Shown: positions 36,513-49,618, counted from the stretch's first letter. The stretch: 64,000 nucleotides of DNA from an uncultured bacterium (GCA_963847225.1 CAWJYZ010000003.1:153512-217511); one strand, 5' to 3'. Notes: generated from the sequence alone by a model not told the origin. Translations and numbers: made by a program.

Positions 36513-36524
36513 ACCGGGCTCGCT

Positions 36525-36971
36525 TCAGGCTCCGGGCTCGGCGGCGCCCCCGCCCCCGATCCTCAGCGCTGTCAGCGACTCTCTGATCGTCTCCGCGGCC
36601 CGGTCCATCTCCCGCGGGTCCGGGTTGTGGTTCTGCTGCGCGAAGTCGAGATGGTGCAGGGAGTGGATGGGGACGAGGTGGACGTGCACGTGGGGCACCT
36701 CGAGGCCAGCGAGCATCAGCCCCACCTTGACTGGTCGGAAGCCGTGCTGCAGGGCCCGGCCCAGATCCTGGGAGACGCTCATCAGGTGGGTCAGAAGGGC
36801 GGCGTCGAGGTCCAGCCAGTGGTCCACCTCGCGGCGCGGCACCACCAGGGTGTGGCCCGGCCGGAGCGGACGGTTGGAGAGGAAGGCGACACAGAGGGCG
36901 TCCTTCCAGACGAAGCGAGCGGACAGCTCGCCGGCGATGATGCGGCTGAACACGCTCGGCACGCCTGCCAT
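36525..36971 (-). CDS. HIT-family (histidine triad) hydrolase
   Basis: 148 aa. The HIT motif HVHVHLVP is present, with an N-terminal IIAGELSARFVWKDALCVAF segment. Confidence 0.8.
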   Translation of the reverse strand: MAGVPSVFSRIIAGELSARFVWKDALCVAFLSNRPLRPGHTLVVPRREVDHWLDLDAALLTHLMSVSQDLGRALQHGFRPVKVGLMLAGLEVPHVHVHLVPIHSLHHLDFAQQNHNPDPREMDRAAETIRESLTALRIGGGGAAEPGA

Positions 36972-37014
36972 TGTGCCCGGTGCCGGCCGGTGAGCCGGGG
37001 CCGGGAAGGCGAAG

Positions 37015-37140
37015 GTCAGGCGTCCGAGGTCTGCTGCCGCGCTTTCTTGACCTCCTCGCGGCGCTGCGCCTTGTGGGTCGACGGCGCGCGCGGCTTCTTG
37101 GGCTGGCGCTTGGGTGCGCCACGGGTCTTCTCGCCTGCCA
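37015..37140 (-). CDS. small basic protein (41 aa, MAGEKTRGAPKRQPKKPRAPSTHKAQRREEVKKARQQTSDA)
   Basis: Unlisted short ORF between the HIT and GalT-like genes. It shows GC3 bias and is Lys/Arg-rich. No ribosome-binding site is evident. Confidence 0.3.
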
Positions 37141-37169
37141 TGGGCGAAGTCTAGCTTTAGGCTTCGGAC

Positions 37170-38174
37170 ATGGAGCTGAAGCGTGAGATCCATCACTCCG
37201 AGATCCTCGACCCCCGGCTCGACTTCGCGGCGTCGCGCACCCCCGTGGAGACCCGCTGGGATCCTCTTCTCGGCTACCCTGCGCGCCTCGTGCGGAGCCT
37301 CAGCCCGCTTCTGCCCCGATCCACCTTCGACCTCAAGGCGCTGGCGGCGAGCACCCGCGAGACCTGCCCCTTCTGCCCGGAGCGGGTCATGTCGGCGACG
37401 CCCCGGCTCGTCCCCGCCATCCACCCCGAGGGACGGATCCACCGCGGGGAAGCTCTTCTCTTTCCCAACCTCCTCACCTACGCCAAGCACAGCTCCGTCT
37501 CCGTCTACTCGCCGGAGCGGCACAGCCTTCCCCTCGAGGAGATGACCGGGCGCCTCATGGCTGACAACCTCGCCACCCAGGTCACGTTCGTCCGTGCGGT
37601 CGCGGCCCATGACGCCTCGGCGCTCTGGGCCTCCGTCAATGCCAACCATCTGCCGCCCTCGGGGAGCTCGCTCTTCCACCCTCATCTGCAGGGGAGCGTC
37701 GACCCGACGCCGTCCACCCTGCAGGTGATGCTCGCCAGCGTCCCCAGGGAGCGGATCGAGATGTACGTTGCCACGGAGCGGCGCCTCGGCGAGCGCTTCA
37801 TCGCCGACACCGGAAGAGTGCGGTGGCTGGCGAGCTTCGCTCCCATCGGCTTCCACGAGGTCCGCGCCGTCGTTCCCGGCCATCTCTCGCCGGCGCAGTT
37901 CGATGAGGCTCTGGTGGAGGAGCTCGGCGCCGGCATTGCGGCGGTCTTGAACCTGTATGCGGAGATGGGGCAGCAGAGCTTCAACATGGCGCTGCTGGGC
38001 GCGCCTCCGGATGGGCGTGACACCATGCTCACGCTCCGGATGGTGTGCCGCGCCAACCCTGGCACCGTCTACCGCTCCGACGTCACGTACTCGGAGCGCC
38101 TGCACTGGCAGGCCGCGGTCGACACGTCGCCGGAGGAGCTCGCCGAGCGCGCTCGGGCGCGATTCTCTCGTTGA
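37170..38174 (+). CDS. GalT-like nucleotidyltransferase (HIT superfamily branch III; galactose-1-phosphate uridylyltransferase / ApnA phosphorylase-like)
   Basis: 334 aa with the zinc-site CPFCP and the active-site HPHLQGS (HxHxQ) motif. Confidence 0.7.
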   Translation: MELKREIHHSEILDPRLDFAASRTPVETRWDPLLGYPARLVRSLSPLLPRSTFDLKALAASTRETCPFCPERVMSATPRLVPAIHPEGRIHRGEALLFPNLLTYAKHSSVSVYSPERHSLPLEEMTGRLMADNLATQVTFVRAVAAHDASALWASVNANHLPPSGSSLFHPHLQGSVDPTPSTLQVMLASVPRERIEMYVATERRLGERFIADTGRVRWLASFAPIGFHEVRAVVPGHLSPAQFDEALVEELGAGIAAVLNLYAEMGQQSFNMALLGAPPDGRDTMLTLRMVCRANPGTVYRSDVTYSERLHWQAAVDTSPEELAERARARFSR

Positions 38175-38314
38175 GCGATGGTGCTGTCCGGGATCAGCGC
38201 GGGAGCGGGCCGCCCGCAGGGATACCGATGGGTGTCGTCAGACGACAGGGGCTCTCAGGGTTCTGGGGCCCATGTTCTCGGCGGACCTGAGCACACCGTT
38301 TCCGGCCTTTTGTT

Positions 38315-38374
38315 AAGGTCACGTTTAAGGTCATGAGGTCCCCGAGGTGACCTTAAACGTGACCTTGTTTTTTC
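38315..38374 (+). terminator. intrinsic terminator: 19-bp perfect inverted repeat AAGGTCACGTTTAAGGTCA / TGACCTTAAACGTGACCTT, 14-nt loop, then GTTTTTT
   Basis: Read directly from the sequence. The arms occupy 38315-38333 and 38348-38366, and the T-run is at 38367-38374. It sits between the convergent GalT-like and dnaK genes. Confidence 0.6.
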
Positions 38375-38447
38375 CCGGAAACACACGCGCCTCGCCCGAC
38401 CCGTTGGCAGGATCCTCGATTCCCTGACCCGGCGTCGAGCCGCCCGC

Positions 38448-40364
<1,917 letters not shown>

Positions 40365-40491
40365 ACTGCTGGGTCCCTCCAGAACTCGATTGAATGGGTG
40401 CTCGCGGCGCTCGCGCCGCCAAGCACGGTCCGGATATACCGCGGACGCCCTCCATGCTAAACCGCGCGGCATGGGGGTACCGTGGGAGGCC

Positions 40492-40842
40492 ATGGCGGAG
40501 GTCCCCGCGGCCGGTGCCCTGGAGATCCGGCTCGCCGAGCTGCGCAAGCGCGCCGACGAGGACTTCCTGCGGCCGTCCGCGGCCCGGCCTCCGGGCCGTC
40601 ACCAGATCGACATCACCGAGCTGGGCCTGCGGGTGGCCATGACCAGAGCCCGCTATCCCAACCGGGCGGATGGGGTGGAGATGTACGCCGTGACCCTGAG
40701 CCGCCTGGCTCTCGACCATGCCCCCGCGGAGCCCGAGGTGCGCGCCGTCCTGGAGGCCGCCTTCGGGGCGGGGGCGGCGGAGGCGGTGGAGCGGAGCGGC
40801 GGAGGACCGCTGGTGCGCATGTTCCGCTTGCCCGCCGGCTGA
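40492..40842 (+). CDS. hypothetical protein
   Basis: 116-aa ORF from the ATG at 40492. It shows GC3 bias. No family assignment could be made. Confidence 0.45.
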   Translation: MAEVPAAGALEIRLAELRKRADEDFLRPSAARPPGRHQIDITELGLRVAMTRARYPNRADGVEMYAVTLSRLALDHAPAEPEVRAVLEAAFGAGAAEAVERSGGGPLVRMFRLPAG

Positions 40843-40847
40843 GCTTG

Positions 40848-40916
40848 CAGCCCTCCGCCGGCTCCGCGGCATACGCGTCGGCGCCGATGAGCGGCACGAA
40901 GCGGCACGGGCCGAGG
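40848..40916. repeat. roughly 69-bp duplicated copy (about 93% identical) of the pcm 3' coding end (41068-41136)
   Basis: CAGCCCTCCGCCGGCTCC(G/T)CGGCATACGCGTCGGCGCCGAT(G/C)AGCGG... is present at both loci. Copy 1 is non-coding and lies just after a stop codon. Confidence 0.7.
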
Positions 40917-41066
40917 CCCCGCGCGGCAGGCCCCGCGGGGACCCCTTGTCAATAGGGGGCACTGCGGCCCCCTCGCGCCGGATGGCAAAGCCACACGGCG
41001 CTCACCCCCAGCTCGGCGGGACTCCCCGCCGGGCGCCGCGCTTCGCGCGGCTGAGGACCTCGGCCT

Positions 41067-41711
41067 TCAGCCCTCCGCCGGCTCCTCGGCATACGCGTCG
41101 GCGCCGATCAGCGGGACGAAGCGGCAGGGGCCGAGGTCCTCCGTCACCCAGCCGTCCTGGGCGGCGCGGAGGCGGATCAGCTCCTCGCCGTCCGGCCCGA
41201 TGTGGATGGGGACGACGAGGCGCCCGCCGGGGCGGAGCTGGCGGGCGAGCAGGACGGGGAGGCGGGGCGCGGCGGCGCCGACGGCGATGGCGTCGAAGGG
41301 GGTGCGATCGGGGAGACCTAGGCTGCCGTCGGCGGCGACCACCTCGACGTCGATGCCGAGGCGGCCGAGGCGCCGGGCCGCGGCGTCGGCGAGGGCGGGG
41401 ATGCGCTCCACGCTGATGACCCGCGCACCGCAGGCGGACATCACCGCGGCCTGATACCCGCTGCCGGTGCCGATGTCCATGGCGACGTCCCCCGGACGCA
41501 GCTCGAGGGCCTCGACGATGACTGCCACCATGAGGGGCTGGGAGATGGTCTGGCCCTCGCCGATGGGCAGCGCCCGGTCGGCGAAGGCCTCCTCCCGATC
41601 CGCCGGGAGGACGAACTCCTCGCGGGGCACCGCGGCCATGGCGGCGAGGACGCGCTCGTCGCTCACCCCGCCGGCGCGGAGCCTCTCCATCATGGCTGCC
41701 GCGGTGACCAC
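41067..41711 (-). CDS. pcm: protein-L-isoaspartate O-methyltransferase
   Basis: 214 aa with the SAM motif VAMDIGTGSGYQAAVMS and the PIMT signature GQTISQPLMVAVIVEAL. Confidence 0.85.
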   Translation of the reverse strand: MVTAAAMMERLRAGGVSDERVLAAMAAVPREEFVLPADREEAFADRALPIGEGQTISQPLMVAVIVEALELRPGDVAMDIGTGSGYQAAVMSACGARVISVERIPALADAAARRLGRLGIDVEVVAADGSLGLPDRTPFDAIAVGAAAPRLPVLLARQLRPGGRLVVPIHIGPDGEELIRLRAAQDGWVTEDLGPCRFVPLIGADAYAEEPAEG

Positions 41712-41771
41712 GTTCTCGTGGTACCACTCGGCGCAGGCGGCCGCCAGGGGAGAGGGGCCCGCCGGGTGTCG

Positions 41772-42026
41772 TTACGCGGAGGGTGGCCCCGGATAGTCGT
41801 CGGGCCGGTACTCGCGGTGCCCGGTGGCGGCGTCGTGCCAGACGCGCATCCTCCGCCCGGTGTCGGGGTCGAGAAACACCTCACTGGTGGGCTCGGCCGC
41901 GCTGGGGGGCGCTCCGCGCGCCGTCCGCGCCCCGCCCCGGTAGCGGTCCCAGCCGAAGATGGCGATGATCGCTCCTCCGACCACCACCACCAGGACAATG
42001 ATGAGGACGACGGCCGTGCTCGACAC
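41772..42026 (-). CDS. small membrane-anchored hypothetical protein
   Basis: 84 aa with an N-terminal TM helix (VVLIIVLVVVVGGAIIAIFGW). Confidence 0.4.
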   Translation of the reverse strand: MSSTAVVLIIVLVVVVGGAIIAIFGWDRYRGGARTARGAPPSAAEPTSEVFLDPDTGRRMRVWHDAATGHREYRPDDYPGPPSA

Positions 42027-42041
42027 TCAGTTCCTCGCCGT

Positions 42042-42383
42042 TCAGGGCGCGGGCGGCGGCGCCTCCACCCACTCGATCACCCGGGCCGTGCCGTAGGCCA
42101 CGATCTCGCTCATCGACTTGCCCATCTCGGTGGAGTCGAACCGCATCATGGTGACCGCGTTGGCGCCCATGGCCGTGGCGTTCTCCACCATGCGGTCGAG
42201 CGCCTGGCGGCGGGCATCCTCGTTGAGCTTGACGTAGGCGCCGATCTCGCCGCCGGCCAGACTCTTCAAGCCGGCGGCGATATTGCCGCCGATGCTTCGC
42301 GAGCGCACGGTGAGGCCGAAGACCTGGCCCAGGGTGCGCACCACTCGGGTGCCGGGGATGTTCTCGGTTGTGGTGACGATCAT
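42042..42383 (-). CDS. ybjQ: YbjQ-family (UPF0145) protein
   Basis: 113 aa from MIVTTTENIPG, the hallmark YbjQ N-terminus. The ...GANAVTMMRFD motif is also present. Confidence 0.75.
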   Translation of the reverse strand: MIVTTTENIPGTRVVRTLGQVFGLTVRSRSIGGNIAAGLKSLAGGEIGAYVKLNEDARRQALDRMVENATAMGANAVTMMRFDSTEMGKSMSEIVAYGTARVIEWVEAPPPAP

Positions 42384-42820
42384 CGGGCCGGAGGATACGC
42401 CTCCAAGTCGAGGTCTGGGGGAGGTTGCCCGGGCAGCTTCCAGACGATGAAGCCCTTGTCCCAGCGGCGGTGGAACTCGTTGGCGGCGTCGACGGCCTCC
42501 GCGAGGTGAGCCTTGAACAGGGCGGCGTCCTCGGCAGCCACCGCGGCCAGCAGGGGATCGACCCGGGCGTGGAGGAACTCGGCGATGTCGTCCGCGTATT
42601 TGGGGCGGGTGAGGGTACAGAGCTGGAAGAGCTTGCGCATCTCGCTGAGCTGCCAGCGGGCGAGGCGCCAGCGCTCCGCTTGGGCCGCGTGGGCGGCGCG
42701 CCACAGGCGGTTGGCGATCTCCGGCATGAGCCGGGCGAGCCCCGGCTGCAGCCGGGTGAGGTCCTCGGGGCTCAGCATCACGGGATTGGGCCGCGCGCCT
42801 CCAGCGGCGGGGTCTGCCAT
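42380..42820 (-). CDS. hypothetical protein (helical), translationally coupled to ybjQ
   Basis: 146 aa from MADPAAGGARPN. There is a 4-nt ATGA overlap with the ybjQ start, and GC3 bias is present. Confidence 0.5.
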   Translation of the reverse strand: MADPAAGGARPNPVMLSPEDLTRLQPGLARLMPEIANRLWRAAHAAQAERWRLARWQLSEMRKLFQLCTLTRPKYADDIAEFLHARVDPLLAAVAAEDAALFKAHLAEAVDAANEFHRRWDKGFIVWKLPGQPPPDLDLEAYPPAR

Positions 42821-42921
42821 GGCGGCCGAGTGTATCGGTGGCGGTTCACGGTGCGGCAACCTCCTGTCTCCGCCTCCCGGGGGTCCGCCGTCCCCCGCCA
42901 GCGGAACCGAAAGGCCGAGGG

Positions 42922-44412
42922 ATGCGTATCGACGGTATGGACCACCTGGGCGACCCCCCCAGGGGGAGGATCTCCCGCGCCGCTCTGTCGCTTGTCGCCG
43001 CCGTCGTCGCCGGAGCGGGGGTGACCGGGGCGGTTCTCGCCACCCATCGCGCACCGGCCGCCACCGCGTCGAGCGCCTCCCCGCCGCCCCGCCTCGGGGC
43101 GGCGATGGCTGACGACCCGGCAGCCGGTGACGTCGTCCTCTTCGGCGGGCAGGGAGCCTCCGGTCTTCTCGGCGACACCTGGCTCTGGAACGGCTCCTCC
43201 TGGTCACAGGCACGGCCGGCGCACCGCCCGCCCCCGCTCTACGAAGCGCAGATGGCCTGGGATCCGAAGAGCCGCCGCGACATCCTCCTCGGCGGCATCG
43301 GCGGGTCGACAGCGGCCTGCCGGTCACCGCTCCCTCCCGGCGAGGCCGCGGGGTTCCCCGGGCTCGTCTGCCCTCCGCTCCAGGAGGTCTGGGCTTGGGA
43401 CGGCAGCGACTGGACCCGGCTCCGCCTCGGTCCGCTGGGCGGCCACCCCCTGGGCGGCGCGGAGATGGCGACCGACCCCGGGCAGGGAAGCATCGTCCTC
43501 CTGACCGCGTCCGCCGCGGTTTCGTCCGGGGGCGGCTCCGGAGGCCGCGCGTCGGCGCCAGCCGCCACGGCTCTTCCTCGTGAACACGCCTGCCCGCTGA
43601 TACCGACCGGCGCCCCACCCGCCTCCAGCCCGAGTGGCTGCGCGCCGCTTCCCTGCTACACCTCCGGCAGCGCGGCAGTGGTTTGCCGGTCCCTGCCCAC
43701 TCTCCCTTCGTCACCCACCCAGCCGACTCCGCCCGCACAGCCGATCCAGCCCACCACCCTGACCTGGACGTTCGACGGCACCTCCTTCCAGGAGGCCTCC
43801 ACGGGCGGGACCGCCGGAGGGGGGCCGCCCCTGGGCGGTCACCTGGTGTGGTTCAGCTCCATCAGCCGTCTCGCCGACCTCGCCTGGGAACCCCTGCCAA
43901 TGATGGGGGCCGTGGTCCAGCCGGACATCGCCTGCGTCGAGGGCCGGCCTTGCCCTGGGCGGCCGAGGGCGGTGTGGGAGTGGGACGGCAGCAGGTGGAC
44001 CGACCACCCGCTGGCCCGCGGCGCCACCGGCCTCCCCGCCGTGGTGGCGGCTGCCGCCGACACCGGCCACGGGGGCGCGCTGGCCCTCGATGGCACCGGC
44101 ACGACCTGGGTCTCGATTGACCCGGCGGCCGGGTGGACCAGGGCTGGGACGGCGCACGGCCCTGGAGCCCGGGACGGCGAGGCCCTCGCCGATGACCCGA
44201 GCAGTGGCGCCGTCCTCCTCTTCGGCGGGGCGGTGATCGGGGCCCCGAGCCGCGGCGGGATGGCCGGCGACACCTGGAGCTGGAACGGCAGCTCCTGGAG
44301 CCACCGCGAAGGCGCGGCCCCATCGCCGGCCCCGGAGGTCACCGGGGCCCCGGCGGTCCCGCCGACGTCGCTCTCGAGCTCGCCGGGGTTGCAGCTCACT
44401 CCTCCCGCCTGA
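42922..44412 (+). CDS. membrane-anchored Kelch-repeat (beta-propeller) protein
   Basis: An N-terminal TM helix (ALSLVAAVVAGAGVTGAVLA) is followed by at least four repeats of the form DPxxGxVVLFGG...GDTWxWNGSxW, which is Kelch-type. A Pro/Thr-rich linker separates two repeat groups. Confidence 0.7.
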   Translation: MRIDGMDHLGDPPRGRISRAALSLVAAVVAGAGVTGAVLATHRAPAATASSASPPPRLGAAMADDPAAGDVVLFGGQGASGLLGDTWLWNGSSWSQARPAHRPPPLYEAQMAWDPKSRRDILLGGIGGSTAACRSPLPPGEAAGFPGLVCPPLQEVWAWDGSDWTRLRLGPLGGHPLGGAEMATDPGQGSIVLLTASAAVSSGGGSGGRASAPAATALPREHACPLIPTGAPPASSPSGCAPLPCYTSGSAAVVCRSLPTLPSSPTQPTPPAQPIQPTTLTWTFDGTSFQEASTGGTAGGGPPLGGHLVWFSSISRLADLAWEPLPMMGAVVQPDIACVEGRPCPGRPRAVWEWDGSRWTDHPLARGATGLPAVVAAAADTGHGGALALDGTGTTWVSIDPAAGWTRAGTAHGPGARDGEALADDPSSGAVLLFGGAVIGAPSRGGMAGDTWSWNGSSWSHREGAAPSPAPEVTGAPAVPPTSLSSSPGLQLTPPA

Positions 44413-44469
44413 GACGGAGATCGTTCCCGGTCAGAGGCGTCGAGGGTCCCACGAGCGGCCGCTCTGTGC

Positions 44470-45006
44470 TTGGATCGGCGGGTGGCCCAGAGCTTCACGG
44501 TCGCCGCGCTCGAGGACCCGGACGACCGCACCGTTCACCGCCTCCTGGTCCAACTGTCGCTCGAAGAGCAGGAGGTCTACGACCACCCGAAGGAGACGAG
44601 GGCGGAGATCTCCGGCCGCACCGGACCGCTCAGCGCGCGGTTCGCCGGGGAGAACGTCGTCTTCGTGGCGAGAGGCGGCGGTGGACGGCCGATCGGCCTC
44701 TGCTGGTGTGTTCTCTTCGATCCCGGCACCGGGCTCGAGGGGGAGGTCGCCGAGCTTTACGTCGAGCCGGAGGCGCGGGGGCAGGGCGTCGCGACGGCGC
44801 TGGTCGGGGAGGCGAAGCGTCTCTTCGTCGAGCGGGGCGTCACCTTCGCCGCGGTCTGGACCCACCCGGGCAATGCCGCCGCCCTCGGGGTCTACCGGCA
44901 CCACGGCTTCGCTCCCACGGAGCAGGTCGTGCTCACCTGGCTGCCCCTGCCGGATCCCGAGCAGCTCGGCCCGGGGCGGGCGCGCGGGGATAATCAGGCG
45001 CCGTGA
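44470..45006 (+). CDS. GNAT-family N-acetyltransferase
   Basis: The acetyl-CoA binding motif is RGQGVATALVGEAKRLFVERG. The ORF begins at a TTG. Confidence 0.75.
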   Translation: MDRRVAQSFTVAALEDPDDRTVHRLLVQLSLEEQEVYDHPKETRAEISGRTGPLSARFAGENVVFVARGGGGRPIGLCWCVLFDPGTGLEGEVAELYVEPEARGQGVATALVGEAKRLFVERGVTFAAVWTHPGNAAALGVYRHHGFAPTEQVVLTWLPLPDPEQLGPGRARGDNQAP

Positions 45007-45290
45007 CACTCTCCCGCGACGAGGTCGCCCACGTCGCCATGCTGGCTCGCCTCGGCCTCGACGAGGGGGAGCTCGAGACCTTCCGCGAGCAGCTCGATGC
45101 CATCCTCGGCCACATGGAGGTCCTGCAGCGCGTCGACGTCTCCCGGGTCGGGGAGACCGCCCAGGTGGGAGGGTTGCTCAACGCCTGGCGTGACGACATT
45201 CGGGAGGACTGCCTTCCTGCGGAGGTCGCCCTGGCCAACGCCCCCCGGCGCCGCGGCCAGCACTTCGAGGTGGGGGCCATCCAGGAATGA
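45003..45290 (+). CDS. gatC: Asp-tRNA(Asn)/Glu-tRNA(Gln) amidotransferase subunit C
   Basis: 95 aa starting [23 protein letters not shown]. The GTG start overlaps the GNAT stop, and the gene precedes gatA. Confidence 0.85.
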   Translation: MTLSRDEVAHVAMLARLGLDEGELETFREQLDAILGHMEVLQRVDVSRVGETAQVGGLLNAWRDDIREDCLPAEVALANAPRRRGQHFEVGAIQE

Positions 45291-46756
45291 CGATCGCCGG
45301 CCTGGCCCGCAGCCTGCGCAGCGGGGAGACCACGCCCGAGGCGCTCGCGGCCCAGGCACGCGCCACCTTGGAGAGCGTCGCCGGGCTCAACGCCGTCCTG
45401 CGCCATCCCGACCCCGTCACGGCCCGGCAGGTGGAGCGCGCCGCCCGCCTTCTCGCCGAGTCACCCGACCAGGCCGGGCCCCTCTGCGGCATCCCCTTCG
45501 CCTACAAGGACGTCCTCTGCCTGGAGGGGGTGGAGACGACCGCCGGGTCGCGCATCCTGCAGGGGTTCGTCCCGCCCTACACGGCGACGGCGCTGGTCCG
45601 CCTCCTCGACGCCGGGGCCGTGCCGGTGGCGGTCACGAACTGCGACGAGTTTGCCATGGGGTCCTCCAACGAGAACTCCGCGTACGGAGCGGTGGGCAAT
45701 CCCTGGGACCCCGAGCGGGTCCCCGGGGGGTCGAGCGGAGGCAGCGCCGCGGTCGTCGCCGCAGGTGTGCCGTTCAGCCTCGGCACCGACACCGGAGGTT
45801 CCATCCGCCAGCCGGCGTCGCTCTGCGGTGTCACCGGCTTCAAGCCGACCTACGGGCGTGTCTCGCGCTACGGGCTCATCGCTTTCGCCTCGTCCCTCGA
45901 CCAGATCGGCCCATTGGCCCGCTCCGTGGAGGACGCCGCGCGGGTCTTCGCGGTCATCGCCGGGCACGACCCCCGGGACAGCACCTCGTCGCCGGCGCCG
46001 GTCGAGCCGGTGGAGCCGGAGCTCGAGAGCGGCGTCACCGGCATGCGGCTCGGCATCCCGCGCGAGTACATGGCCGAGGGCCTGGAGCCGGGGGTGCGCG
46101 CCGCGGTCGAGGCCGCCCTCCAGGAGCTCGAGCACCTCGGAGCCAGGCTCGAAGAGATCTCGCTCCCGAGCACCGAGGCGGCGCTCAGCACCTACTACAT
46201 CATCGCTCCCGCCGAGTGCTCGGCGAACCTCTCGCGCATGGACGGGGTGCGCTTCGGTCTCCATGAGGACCGGCCGTCGCTCACCGACACCTACCTGGCG
46301 ACGCGCGGCCGGGGATTCGGACCCGAGGTGAAGCGGCGGGTCATGCTCGGCACCTACGCGCTCTCCAGCGGCTACTACGACGCCTATTACCGGAAGGCGC
46401 AGAAGGTGCGGACGCTCATCGCGGATGAATTCGATCGCGCTTTCGAGCGCGTGGACGCGATCGTCTCCCCGACCTCGCCCAACGTCGCGTTCCCGCAAGG
46501 GGCGAGGAGCGACCCGTACTCCATGTACCTCTGCGACGTGCTGACCCTGCCCGTCAACCTCGCCGGTCTGCCCGGAATCTCGGTGCCCTGTGGCTTCAGC
46601 GCCACGCCGGACGGGGCCAGCGCCGGCGACGGGCTGCCCGTCGGCCTGCAGGTCATCGGTCCCCGCTTCGGCGACGCGACGGTGCTGCGTGTCGCTCGCG
46701 CCTACCAGGCGGCGACGCGCTGGCATGAGGCGCTGCCGCCGGCGGTGGCTCGCTGA
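45287..46756 (+). CDS. gatA: Asp-tRNA(Asn)/Glu-tRNA(Gln) amidotransferase subunit A
   Basis: Amidase signature [14 protein letters not shown], together with the catalytic Ser-cisSer-Lys context. Confidence 0.95.
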   Translation: MTIAGLARSLRSGETTPEALAAQARATLESVAGLNAVLRHPDPVTARQVERAARLLAESPDQAGPLCGIPFAYKDVLCLEGVETTAGSRILQGFVPPYTATALVRLLDAGAVPVAVTNCDEFAMGSSNENSAYGAVGNPWDPERVPGGSSGGSAAVVAAGVPFSLGTDTGGSIRQPASLCGVTGFKPTYGRVSRYGLIAFASSLDQIGPLARSVEDAARVFAVIAGHDPRDSTSSPAPVEPVEPELESGVTGMRLGIPREYMAEGLEPGVRAAVEAALQELEHLGARLEEISLPSTEAALSTYYIIAPAECSANLSRMDGVRFGLHEDRPSLTDTYLATRGRGFGPEVKRRVMLGTYALSSGYYDAYYRKAQKVRTLIADEFDRAFERVDAIVSPTSPNVAFPQGARSDPYSMYLCDVLTLPVNLAGLPGISVPCGFSATPDGASAGDGLPVGLQVIGPRFGDATVLRVARAYQAATRWHEALPPAVAR

Positions 46757-46823
46757 TGGCGACAGTCGGGGGGCTCAGCCCCCCAACGGCCCCCCGCGGA
46801 CTCGAGTCGTCCACCGGCCGGCG

Positions 46824-48291
<1,468 letters not shown>

Positions 48292-48308
<17 letters not shown>

Positions 48309-49581
48309 GCCGGTCGCGCTCCGGGCCGGGAGCCGGCTCCGTGTGCGCTGCGAGCGGATGGTCCAGGGCGGGCTGTGCCTGGCCCACGCCGACGGCGTGA
48401 CCCTCATGGTCGACGGGGGCATTCCCGACGAGCTGGTCGACGTCTCGCTGACCTTTCGCAAGGGGAGGACCTGGTTCGGCGCTGTCGAGCGGGTTCTCGA
48501 GGCCTCCCCGGACCGCGCCGTCCCGCCCTGCCCCTACGTTCCCGAGTGCGGCGGCTGCCAGCTCCAGCACATCGCCTACCCGCGCCAGCTCGACCTCAAG
48601 CGCGACATCCTGCTCGACGCCCTGCGCCGGGCCCGCGTTGCCATCCCGGAGCCGCGCCTCCATGGGATGACGGACCCCTGGCGGTACCGCTGGCGTGGCG
48701 AGTTCCACGTCATCCCCGGGAAGGACGGCGTGGCGCGCGCCGAGCTCGGCTTCAACCGCGCTCGGAGCTGGCGCAAGGTGGCCGTCGACGACTGCCGCAT
48801 TCACCACCCGTCGATCTCGCGGTCGCTGCCAGTGCTCCGCGAACTCGTGCGCCGGGCGGCATCGGATGCCGCCACCGTCCTTCACGTCACCGCCGGAGAA
48901 GATGGGGAGGAGCTCCTGTTGCGCACGAAGCCGGCATCGGCTCTCGACCGTCGCGCCCTCGACGAGATGGCCGCGAGCCTGCCGACATCGCCGAGATGGA
49001 GCACCGATCTCACCACCCTGCACTGGCGGGGAAGGACATTCCGGGTGGCACCGGAGTCCTTCATCCAGGTGAGCTGGGGTCAGCTCGACCTCCTCTACGG
49101 AAGCGCCCTCGTGGCCCTCGGCAGCGTGCGCGATGCGCGCGTCGTCGATGCGTACGCTGGAGTCGGCGTGCTCAGCACCGTCCTGGCCGCCGAGGCTCGT
49201 GAGGTGATCTGCATCGAGAACAACCGCAGCGCCGTGCACATGGGTCGCCTCAATGCTCGGATCAACGGCGTCGACGGCCGTCTCCGCTACGTCCTCGCGT
49301 CGGTGGAGGAGGCCCTGCCGCGGATCGCCGCCGAGGCGCCGGTGGACGGTCTCCTCCTCGACCCGCCGCGCGCCGGCTGCGACGCCCGGGTCACTGCCTG
49401 GCTGGCCCTCACCGGCCCGGCGCGGGTGGTCTACGTCTCCTGCGACCCTGCGACCTTGGCCCGCGACCTCCACCTCCTGGTCGCCTCCGGGCCTTACGCG
49501 GTGGAGTCCCTCGACCTCGTGGACATGTTCCCGCAGACCCACCACATCGAAACGGTGGTGAGCCTCTCCCGGACCGGCTGA
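48292..49581 (+). CDS. rlmD: 23S rRNA (uracil-C5)-methyltransferase RlmD/RumA family (TRAM + [4Fe-4S] + SAM MTase)
   Basis: A TRAM-like N-terminus is followed by the Cys cluster [14 protein letters not shown] and a C-terminal MTase with the DPPRAG motif. Confidence 0.8.
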
Positions 49582-49618
49582 CCTCGGGGGCACACCCGTG
49601 CTGGCGCGGGCGCTGCGC

